From Betaproteobacteria bacterium (GTDB lineage: Bacteria; Pseudomonadota; Gammaproteobacteria; Burkholderiales; Usitatibacteraceae): DNA of 44,865 nucleotides. The stretch is taken from NCBI GenBank assembly GCA_031404095.1, contig JANNGY010000289.1, positions 1 through 44,865 of the forward strand. Direction: 5' to 3'. Below are positions 7,471-14,802 of the stretch, piece by piece. Below the pieces are notes generated by a model that ran no database searches, had not been told where the DNA came from, and saw only the letters and a list, made by a program, of their open reading frames with translations. Made by a program: the position numbers and the translations under genes. Within the stretch, counting starts at the first letter, position 1. Every line of letters begins with the position of its first letter.

Positions 7471-7770
7471 TCAGCGCGTGAGGTAATGGCTGCCGAGCCG
7501 CAGCGCCAATTGCGACAGGCAGACCATGCCGATGCGCCCGCGCAAGGCAATTCCCGCCAGGGCAAGTAAGGCGCCCGTCATTGCCCAGTGTTTTTGCGCA
7601 TAGCGCAACACGCTCATTGCCGCATCGACTTTCGCCGCGCGGGGCATGAATCCATCTATGGAATCGAAAGCCTGCAAGCGATATTGCGCGGCTTCACCGG
7701 CCAACCGATGACGATCCTGCTCCAATATTGCCAAGCGCTTGACCAGTCGACTGTCAATCATGCTTCTCAC
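7471..7770 (-). CDS. YqjK-like small membrane protein
   Basis: 99 aa, with an N-terminal charged helix (LAILEQDRHRLAGEAAQYRL) followed by one hydrophobic segment. It has the same size and position as E. coli yqjK, downstream of yqjD/yqjE homologues, and overlaps the upstream gene by 17 nt. Confidence 0.5.
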   Translation of the reverse strand: MRSMIDSRLVKRLAILEQDRHRLAGEAAQYRLQAFDSIDGFMPRAAKVDAAMSVLRYAQKHWAMTGALLALAGIALRGRIGMVCLSQLALRLGSHYLTR

Positions 7771-8164
7771 CTGTGAAGGCGTGTAGTACCGACCGATCTT
7801 TGCGCAATTCGTCCCGCGTCATTTCAAATGCGGGCGGTTTGGCGGCCCGCAGCACATTTGAAGAGCGCCAAAGCAATGCACCAATTGACGAAAATACCGC
7901 GCAAGGCGTCAATATGGCAATCGCCTGATTCAGATCCCAGAGCATCCACACCATCCAAACCGCTGCAAAGAGGCCCGCGAGCATCAATGCCATACCCGCG
8001 AGAACCATCCGCAACGCGATGCGCAGTTGCCAGATACGCTCGGCCTCCCATTCATTGGCGAACTGCGCACACTTGTTTTCGGCAAGGGCGAGTATCGCGA
8101 CGCCAAGCCGGATAGCGGAAGCAAACAACCCGCGCGGCGCGTCCGCGTTCGGAGGCATGGTCAT
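7754..8164 (-). CDS. YqjE-like (DUF1469, phage-holin-family-like) inner membrane protein
   Basis: 136 aa with two long hydrophobic segments and a C-terminal TRDELRKDRSVL tail, as in YqjE. It sits between the DUF883 and YqjK-like genes. Confidence 0.65.
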   Translation of the reverse strand: MTMPPNADAPRGLFASAIRLGVAILALAENKCAQFANEWEAERIWQLRIALRMVLAGMALMLAGLFAAVWMVWMLWDLNQAIAILTPCAVFSSIGALLWRSSNVLRAAKPPAFEMTRDELRKDRSVLHAFTGEKHD

Positions 8165-8215
8165 TTACTGGGTCGAACCGTGAACCTGCCGCAGCTTACA
8201 TGCACACCTTGGCAA

Positions 8216-8530
8216 CTACCGGCGCGCGACGACTAACCCGAGGAAGAAGCCGACGCCGACGGCTATGCCAACCGCTTGCCACGGGTTTTCATGCGCATAG
8301 TGATCCACCTCCGTAACTGCATGTTTGGCCTTGGCCATGGCGGCGCGCTCGGCGCTTTCCAGTTCCACGCGCATCTGTTTCAGTGATTCGGCGACGCGAT
8401 CGCGCGCGCCCGAGAGTTGGCTACTGGATTGTCCCGCGGTGGCCTTGAGAAGTTCCTCTACATCGGTTACAACACTGCGAAAATCGCCAGCGAGTTTTTG
8501 GCGGCTGCTATCAATGGTTGCGGTGTTCAT
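8216..8530 (-). CDS. DUF883 (ElaB/YqjD/YgaM) membrane-anchored stress protein
   Basis: 104 aa. It has a helical N-terminal region and the C-terminal signature ENPWQAVGIAVGVGFLLGLVVARR typical of the ElaB/YqjD family. Confidence 0.8.
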   Translation of the reverse strand: MNTATIDSSRQKLAGDFRSVVTDVEELLKATAGQSSSQLSGARDRVAESLKQMRVELESAERAAMAKAKHAVTEVDHYAHENPWQAVGIAVGVGFFLGLVVARR

Positions 8531-8634
8531 TTTGGCTCCTCATCGTGTCTGATTCGAAACGGTGAATGACGGGCCGCAAATTGCGGACGCCCCCATCATT
8601 CAATTCGATTCTGACCACAACGAGTTTGCGGACA

Positions 8635-8648
8635 TTGACGATCGTCAA
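8635..8648. promoter_or_regulatory. Perfect 14-bp dyad TTGACGATCGTCAA (FNR/CRP-family-type TTGA-N6-TCAA box)
   Basis: A perfect palindrome lies 105 nt upstream of the DUF883 ATG (8530, minus strand), in the 239-nt gap after the usp gene. Confidence 0.35.
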
Positions 8649-8769
8649 CGGTCGCGCAAATAATAGCATGCGAAGCGAATGCGGCTAGGCGCTTGGCAGG
8701 CAGCCACAAGGTATAACACGCTCCCTGATCCAATCCGTGTTCGTCCGCGCGTTGCCCGGCCCGTCGAAC

Positions 8770-9600
8770 TCAATGTGACATCAAAACTGGTACGGTCATG
8801 CTCTCAAGCAAAGTGCGGGTGACGCCGCCCAGAACGAATTCAAACGTGCGCGAATGCCCGTAAGCGCCCATGACGATGAGATCGCTTCCGAGGTCTGCCG
8901 CGAGGGACAGGATTTGATTGCCGACATCCACATCTTCGGCACTTTGCTGGCGAACGTTTACTTGGACTCCATGGCGCGTGAGCCAAAGCGCGATGTCCGC
9001 GCCGGGAATGTCTCCCCATTCCGAATCACCCTTTGGATTGAAGGACACAACATTTATCTGGCGTGCTTTTTTCAACAGCGGCAATGCGTCGGCGACCGCC
9101 CTGGCCGATTCGCGTGTACCGCTCCACGCGATCAGGACGGATGACCCGCATGACTTGAATTCGCCGGCATAGGGAACCATCAATACCGGTCGGCCAGCGC
9201 CGACAATGACACTCGCGGCAAATGACGGGTCTATCCGCAGCTTTTCCGCGCGATCCTCCTGGGTCATCACGAGCAAGTCTGCGTGGCGTGCGTGCAATGT
9301 CAGATTGTTGACAATATTCCCGCTGATGCTGCGCCACTCGATCGCGAGCCCGGATTCCTGTTCGGCGGAACTTGCCAGTTCCCGGGCCTTCGCCTGCATT
9401 TGCGTGTCAAGTTCGACCTGATAGCTCAGCGCGGCAGCGGCGCCCGGATCCAGTGCCGCGGCGAACAGCGGTTGTTCAAGTGCGTAGACCGAGGCCAGGT
9501 GTGAGCCAAATTGGCCGGCAAGGCCGCATGCCACCCGCAGCGTCACTGTATTGCGCGCATGCCCATCCAAATGTACGAGAATCGTCTTGTAGGCCATCAT
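8770..9600 (-). CDS. Tandem-domain universal stress protein (UspA family)
   Basis: The track ORF is 8770-9642. The likely start is MAYKTILVHLDG (ATG 9600 or 9597). Two Usp modules are present, the second ending in the ATP-type motif MGAYGHSR..E..LGGVT..LL....VPVLMSH. Confidence 0.85.
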   Translation of the reverse strand: MMAYKTILVHLDGHARNTVTLRVACGLAGQFGSHLASVYALEQPLFAAALDPGAAAALSYQVELDTQMQAKARELASSAEQESGLAIEWRSISGNIVNNLTLHARHADLLVMTQEDRAEKLRIDPSFAASVIVGAGRPVLMVPYAGEFKSCGSSVLIAWSGTRESARAVADALPLLKKARQINVVSFNPKGDSEWGDIPGADIALWLTRHGVQVNVRQQSAEDVDVGNQILSLAADLGSDLIVMGAYGHSRTFEFVLGGVTRTLLESMTVPVLMSH

Positions 9601-9631
9601 CAGTCTTTCAGCGTTTTCCGATTGGGTTGGG

Positions 9632-10138
9632 TTAGCGTGCAACCGCTGGTTTTCGATGTCCGCGAGTCCTGGCGCTGGCCCGTTTCACGGGCTTCAACAG
9701 TCCTTGTTGCGGATCCTCGCCGACACTGTTCCCGCCCTTCGGTACGATCGATTCTTCTGCGTGATTCAGCATCTTGATTTCAGTGTCTTGCAGGATTTCT
9801 CGGTAGGCAGTCCAGTATTCCATGGTGTTCTGTAAATTATCCTGGGAGAACTGTTGCCAGGCCTTGCCGACGGCCAGATGTCCATTGGCATGCGCAAGTG
9901 AACTGGCAAGCCGGGACGTGCGTTTTTGGGCGTTATGGATGGCGTCAAGTTGCATATGACGCAAAGCATCAGAGCCCTTGAGGATGCACTGCACCGATGC
10001 GAGCCATGCGGCGGACGGTTGCGTGAACGACTGCGCGCGGTTCACGCCGGACGGAACAATCGCCTTCATCCACTGGTTGATGACATCCGGACTTCCGATG
10101 CCAGCGGAAATCTGCTTGAAGAAGTTGGGGGTTTGCAT
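9632..10138 (-). CDS. Phasin-like helical protein (tentative)
   Basis: 168 aa, helical and Q/A-rich, with a core (KAWQQFSQDNLQNTMEYWTAYREILQDTEIKML) that recalls the phasin_2 family. The tail is basic. The assignment is from memory only. Confidence 0.4.
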   Translation of the reverse strand: MQTPNFFKQISAGIGSPDVINQWMKAIVPSGVNRAQSFTQPSAAWLASVQCILKGSDALRHMQLDAIHNAQKRTSRLASSLAHANGHLAVGKAWQQFSQDNLQNTMEYWTAYREILQDTEIKMLNHAEESIVPKGGNSVGEDPQQGLLKPVKRASARTRGHRKPAVAR

Positions 10139-10215
10139 GATTTCTCCTCACACGTTGCGCAAATGACCGACCAATGCCGGCCACTTTCAACTTAGCACCA
10201 GCAAAGGCCGGCACT

Positions 10216-10229
10216 TTGATCGCGGTCAA
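10216..10229. promoter_or_regulatory. FNR/CRP-type dyad TTGATCGCGGTCAA
   Basis: TTGAT-N4-GTCAA (9 of 10 matches to TTGAT-N4-ATCAA) lies 78 nt upstream of the phasin-like ATG (10138, minus strand). Confidence 0.4.
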
Positions 10230-10300
10230 AAAATGTCCAACAATTGGATTACTTTGATGCTTCCGGCACTAAGACATTTCATGCTCGCAACAGGCACCTG

Positions 10301-10687
10301 TCAGAGCTTCATTTCCGGCTGCTTCCAGGTCCCGTGTTCGTACCGTTCCTGACACGTCAGACATCGTTCTGCGCTAGGCAACGCAATCAGGCGCCGGTAG
10401 CCGATCGGGCCATGACACATCACGCAGACGCCATAGGAGCCCCCTTTGATCGCCGCGCGCGCCGCTTCAATGGCCAGCAGTTCGTTGACATCGCGCATCA
10501 TCATCCCGGTATCAATGTCGTCCAAAAGGTCGGCAACGGATCGCGCGGAGTCGTCCCCCAAAGACTCGAGTTCTGGCAAGTCGCGACCAAATTTCTCGTG
10601 GATGGCCTTGCGGACTTCGACACGCAACAACCGCTCGCGCTCATCGAGCGCGACTTTGAGGTGATTTATTTGCACAGTGGTCAGCAT
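10301..10687 (-). CDS. DksA/TraR-family C4 zinc-finger protein
   Basis: 128 aa with an N-terminal coiled-coil region. The C-terminal CVMCHGPI...(17 aa)...CLTCQ forms a four-Cys finger typical of the DksA/TraR family. Confidence 0.8.
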   Translation of the reverse strand: MLTTVQINHLKVALDERERLLRVEVRKAIHEKFGRDLPELESLGDDSARSVADLLDDIDTGMMMRDVNELLAIEAARAAIKGGSYGVCVMCHGPIGYRRLIALPSAERCLTCQERYEHGTWKQPEMKL

Positions 10688-10754
10688 GAGGTCACGACAA
10701 TTGGGTTGAAATTGTTGCGCTCTTGCCTGCTGGGGACACGGCAGGACTACGCGG

Positions 10755-10770
10755 AATGATGGCGATCATT
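10755..10770. promoter_or_regulatory. 16-bp perfect dyad AATGATGGCGATCATT (TGAT-N4-ATCA core)
   Basis: A perfect palindrome lies 68 nt upstream of the DksA/TraR-like ATG (10687, minus strand). Confidence 0.3.
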
Positions 10771-10815
10771 CAGTGGCACGCGCCATTGCGCTTTCAGCGT
10801 ACGCAGGCGCCGGAC

Positions 10816-11316
10816 CTATGCATAGCGGCTCTTGGCAACGTGTGCCTTGCGGGCGCGAATACGGGCAGGGCGCAGTTCCAGTTCCTTGGTTATTTCGCGT
10901 TCAATGACATCGGCGACCTGCTTCAGATCTCTTGCCATTTCGGCGATCAAATCGTCGAGAGCAACAATACCGATCAATCCGCCTGCCTTATTCACGACCG
11001 GCAATCGCCTGATTCCTTTCGCGTTCATGAGGGCAAGGCCTTCGCGGCAACTCATATCGCCCTTGGCGGTCACCAGGGGGCGATTTAACAAATCATCCAG
11101 CAGAAAAATGTCCGGATCGAGGTCGAGGGCAACGATGGCCACCACGATATCGCGGTCCGTCACAATGCCGACCGGCTTCGGCGAACGGGAAGGTTTCTCT
11201 ACAACGACCAGCGCGCCGGCGTGCGCTTCACGCATCTTCCGCGCCGCCTCGACGATTGTCGTATTTCGCGCCGCGATCTGAACGGGATACTTGCATATCG
11301 TGGAAAGTCTGCTCAT
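10816..11316 (-). CDS. CBS-domain pair protein
   Basis: 166 aa with two CBS repeats (GALVVVE....PVGIVTDRDIV and IRRLPVVNKAGGLIGIVALDDL) and a basic C-terminal tail. Confidence 0.85.
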   Translation of the reverse strand: MSRLSTICKYPVQIAARNTTIVEAARKMREAHAGALVVVEKPSRSPKPVGIVTDRDIVVAIVALDLDPDIFLLDDLLNRPLVTAKGDMSCREGLALMNAKGIRRLPVVNKAGGLIGIVALDDLIAEMARDLKQVADVIEREITKELELRPARIRARKAHVAKSRYA

Positions 11317-11393
11317 GGTGTACTCCCGGCGATCAGAATTCTCGATTGGTCAACGTCGCCTTCGACGAAGGATCTGGTTCGCGTTTTGGGGGT

Positions 11394-12173
11394 TTACTGA
11401 ACCGTTGGTACCGAATCAGCTGAATGTGTTTGGATCTCAATGCTGGTTGTCGCGTTGTTAAGGTGAGAAGTTTCTTTGGTCGTGGCTAGGCCGGGATCGA
11501 ATTCCGATTCATCGGTGGCCGCAGCCGGACACTCCGCCACCATCTGCGACGCATAATGAAGTTCGGCAATATCTTCCGCCAGGTACTGCAATTCCGATTG
11601 GCGCGTCATTCGCATCAACGCCGGGTTACGTTCGTCACCACCGGCTGAGACCAGTAACCTTCCGCCGATCTTGAGTTGCGACCTTAGCGATTCCGGGATC
11701 TCCGGAAGTGTCGCTGATACCATGATCGCGTCGTAAGGCGCGTGGTCCGGCCAGCCGCGGGCGCCGTCGGCGTGCCGTACATGCACGTTTCGGCATCCAA
11801 TGGCGGCCAGCGCGGCGGCCGCCTTTTCAGCTCGCTGGCCGACGCGCTCAACGGTGTAGACGTCTGCGGCAATGTGTGAGAGAACGGCGGATGAATAGCC
11901 TGTCCCGGTGCCGATTTCGAGGACTTTCTCCCCGCCCTTGAGGCATAGCTCCTCAATCATCCGCGCCACAACATAGGGCTGTGAAATGGCTTGCCCCTCG
12001 GCAACCGCTAGCGACGCATCCTGATAGGCTAATTCGCGAAGGTGCAACGGCAGAAAGACCTCGCGCGGGACCGCCTGAATTGCCTCAAGCACCAACTGCG
12101 ACTCAATGCCGTGGCCGGCGATATGATTTTCAACCATTGCACTACGCCGTTGCGAAAAATTGATCTTGTTCAT
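11394..12173 (-). CDS. pcm: Protein-L-isoaspartate O-methyltransferase paralogue with C-terminal extension
   Basis: 259 aa. It carries VPREVFLP, QAISQPYVVARM, the SAM motif VLEIGTGTGYSSAVLS, and YDAIMVSA. About 45 extra acidic and polar residues follow the core. Confidence 0.85.
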   Translation of the reverse strand: MNKINFSQRRSAMVENHIAGHGIESQLVLEAIQAVPREVFLPLHLRELAYQDASLAVAEGQAISQPYVVARMIEELCLKGGEKVLEIGTGTGYSSAVLSHIAADVYTVERVGQRAEKAAAALAAIGCRNVHVRHADGARGWPDHAPYDAIMVSATLPEIPESLRSQLKIGGRLLVSAGGDERNPALMRMTRQSELQYLAEDIAELHYASQMVAECPAAATDESEFDPGLATTKETSHLNNATTSIEIQTHSADSVPTVQ

Positions 12174-12828
12174 TTTTTACCTTCATGAAAGGGCCGCAGA
12201 GTCGCGGTCTGTTGCTCATTGCCAGGTCTTCGCTTCAATCGTGCCGGATGCGTGCAACACGTCGGCCTTCAATTGGCACGCCGCGCGGAAGCGGAGAGCC
12301 CTTCAGCCCAGGAGCCGTTGCGGCCGGCAATTGCCACGCCTGCGAAGAAGTGCAACTCGTGGTGGCGGAATCCTCCATTGCCAACTGCTCCGTTCAGTAT
12401 TGATGCTCGGTGGCGGGCTGCTTTGACTTGCGTCAAGCAATGCGCGCGAACCACGAGACGCGGCGTGATGAGAGTAAATTCAGTAGCGCCTGGCCGTTGC
12501 CAGTGTGGCGTGGATCAGGCACGCGAGCGCCTGATCCCTGCCGACCTTCAGTGGCAACTCGCCAGTTGGTGCGTCCAGCAGGTGAAAATGGCCCCAAACG
12601 CCGCACCGGTGCTGGAGTTTGCCATTTTTATGGCGTTGAAATGACTTGCGCCGTTCAGTGGCCCACGTCTATCAGTTATGCTCTCTCCGGGGAATCCCAA
12701 TTCGTGTTGCCGACGCATATCCAGACCCGAGTCACATGCCCGTTTTCCATCGACTTGCCGTGTATCACTCGCCAATGCGGTTGAAGGCCTGCCGCCGACA
12801 TTCGCGCTTCGAGACGGACTGAGCGGGT

Positions 12829-14796
12829 ATGTGTGGAATCGCCGGGATTCTGAGTTCTGCAACAGGTCGTCCGCCCGAGCGCGGCGAACTCGCAGCGATG
12901 ATCGGCCGGCTTCACCACCGCGGGCCCGATGGCAGCGGATTTCTGATGGATGGCCCGGTCGGACTGGCGCATGCGCGCCTCAGCATTATCGATTTGGCCG
13001 GTGGCCAGCAGCCGATCCACAATGAAGGCCGCAACACCTGGGTCGTATTCAACGGCGAGATATTCAACTATGTAGAGCTTCGTCGTGACCTAGAGGCGCA
13101 AGGGCACCGGTTTTACACGCACACTGACACTGAAGTCATTGTTCACCTCTATGAGCAATACGGTGAGAAGTTTGTCCAATACCTCAATGGCCAGTTCGCG
13201 ATTGCGCTCTGGGATGCGCTGCGGCAGACGCTGATACTGGTGCGCGATCGCACCGGAATACGCCCACTTTTTTATGTCGAAGCGGCCGGACGGCTGTTGT
13301 TTGCATCCGAGATCAAAGCGTTGTTTGCGCTTCCTGGTGTGCCGCGGCGGATTCGCCCGCAGGCATTGGCTGAAATCTGCACTTACTGGTCTCCGCTGGC
13401 GCCGCTCACTTCTTTTGAAGGTGTACTTTCACTTCCGCCAGGCCACTTAATGGTTTTGAGTAATGGCGTCCGGCGAATCAGTCAATATTGGGATTGGGAA
13501 TTTGCGAAGGCTGTCCAGCACGCTTCGCGAACCGAGACGGAACTTGCGCATGAATTGCGCGAGTTGCTTATCGATGCGGTAAAACTGCAGTTGCGCGCGG
13601 ACGTTCCGGTCGGTGCCTACCTTAGCGGCGGACTGGATTCCTCGATCATCACTTCGATCATTCACAATTTTACCGACACCCCACTGCGCACCTTTTCGCT
13701 CACCTTCGAGGATGCGGAATTTGACGAAAGCGTGTACCAGCAAGAATTGGTCGCGTACCTCGGCACCGATCACACTTCGCTGCGGTGTACTCGCGCGGAT
13801 ATCGCCGCGGCATTTCCACGCACAATTTTCCACACCGAAACGCCGGTCGTCCGCACGGCGCCGACACCGCTGATGCTGTTATCGGGCCATGTTCGCGCGT
13901 CGGGCTACAAAGTGGTTCTGACCGGTGAGGGCGCGGATGAAGTATTTGGCGGCTATGACCTTTTCAAAGAGGCAAAGATTCGCCGCTTCATGGCGCGAGT
14001 ACCGGGTTCAACAATGCGTCCGCGAATCCTCGAGCGGCTCTATCCCTACCTGAAGCACTCTCCCGCGTCCGGTCGTGCGTTCAGCGAAACTTTTTTCAGG
14101 GAAGGCTCGGAACATATTGCCGAGCCTTTCTTTGCGCACATTCCGCGCTGGACAACGACGCGGCGTATCGGGCAGTTTTTTTCCGACGAGTTGCGCACTT
14201 CAATTGGCGCATGGGATCCATATGCGGCGATTGTGGCGACGCTTCCGGCGGGAATTGGCGGTTGGCTACCGATGGGTCGCGACCAATATGTGGAGGCACA
14301 CACGCTCATGACCGGGTATCTGCTGTCCTCCCAGGGAGACCGCGTGGCCATGGCCAATTCCATCGAGGGTCGTTTTCCGTTCCTGGACCATCGTCTCATT
14401 GAGTTCGCCAATCGGCTCCCGCCACAACTCAAGTTGCATGGATTGACTGAGAAATACCTCCTGAAGAAGGCGATGACCGGCCTGCTTCCCGAGAACGTGC
14501 GCACGCGCACGAAACAACCCTACCGCGCGCCGGACAGTCAGAGCTTTTTCAATGCGGGCACGCCGGTTGACTACGTCGCCGAGCAGTTCAGCCGCTCGAG
14601 GATTTCCGCGGCGGGATTCTTCGATCCGGACGCGACCGCCAAGTTGTTCGAAAAGTGCCGCGCCGGACGGGTCATCGGTTTTGCAGATAACATGGCGTTC
14701 GTTACCATCCTGTCAACTATGTTGCTGCACGAACAGTTCATCCTTGGGCGCGGTTTGGATGTACCGGGTGCGTCACCCCAAGTCTCCGTCGCATAG
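12829..14796 (+). CDS. Asparagine-synthase-family glutamine-dependent amidotransferase (AsnB-like)
   Basis: 655 aa. It starts MCGIAGI (Cys2 is the Ntn-glutaminase nucleophile) and has GPDG, HARLSIIDL and NGEIFNY motifs. The PP-loop AYLSGGLDSS is in the synthetase domain. It is the first gene of the five-gene cassette. Confidence 0.9.
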   Translation: MCGIAGILSSATGRPPERGELAAMIGRLHHRGPDGSGFLMDGPVGLAHARLSIIDLAGGQQPIHNEGRNTWVVFNGEIFNYVELRRDLEAQGHRFYTHTDTEVIVHLYEQYGEKFVQYLNGQFAIALWDALRQTLILVRDRTGIRPLFYVEAAGRLLFASEIKALFALPGVPRRIRPQALAEICTYWSPLAPLTSFEGVLSLPPGHLMVLSNGVRRISQYWDWEFAKAVQHASRTETELAHELRELLIDAVKLQLRADVPVGAYLSGGLDSSIITSIIHNFTDTPLRTFSLTFEDAEFDESVYQQELVAYLGTDHTSLRCTRADIAAAFPRTIFHTETPVVRTAPTPLMLLSGHVRASGYKVVLTGEGADEVFGGYDLFKEAKIRRFMARVPGSTMRPRILERLYPYLKHSPASGRAFSETFFREGSEHIAEPFFAHIPRWTTTRRIGQFFSDELRTSIGAWDPYAAIVATLPAGIGGWLPMGRDQYVEAHTLMTGYLLSSQGDRVAMANSIEGRFPFLDHRLIEFANRLPPQLKLHGLTEKYLLKKAMTGLLPENVRTRTKQPYRAPDSQSFFNAGTPVDYVAEQFSRSRISAAGFFDPDATAKLFEKCRAGRVIGFADNMAFVTILSTMLLHEQFILGRGLDVPGASPQVSVA

Positions 14797-14802
14797 GCGC
14801 AT

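Noticed and set aside
12274-12289. TGGCACG could be a sigma-54 -24 element.
   Set aside because: The -12 position reads GCGG instead of TTGC (the GC dinucleotide is misplaced). The site is about 550 nt from the nearest + strand start, and no enhancer-binding protein gene is nearby.
12160-12862. Overlapping track ORFs in the 655-nt gap (12160-12426, 12185-12403, 12219-12644 and 12410-12784 on the + strand; 12269-12454 and 12548-12862 on the - strand).
   Set aside because: They are mutually overlapping and Arg/Ala/Pro/Cys-rich, with no SD and no family signature in any of the three minus frames I translated by hand. I treat the region as non-coding or a possible decayed remnant (see the finding).
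12829-14796. The AsnB-like gene could be a lasso-peptide cyclase or other RiPP enzyme.
   Set aside because: It retains the N-terminal Cys2 glutaminase nucleophile and the full glutaminase motifs, which lasso cyclases lack. There is no B-protein (transglutaminase-like protease), RRE or convincing precursor gene nearby.
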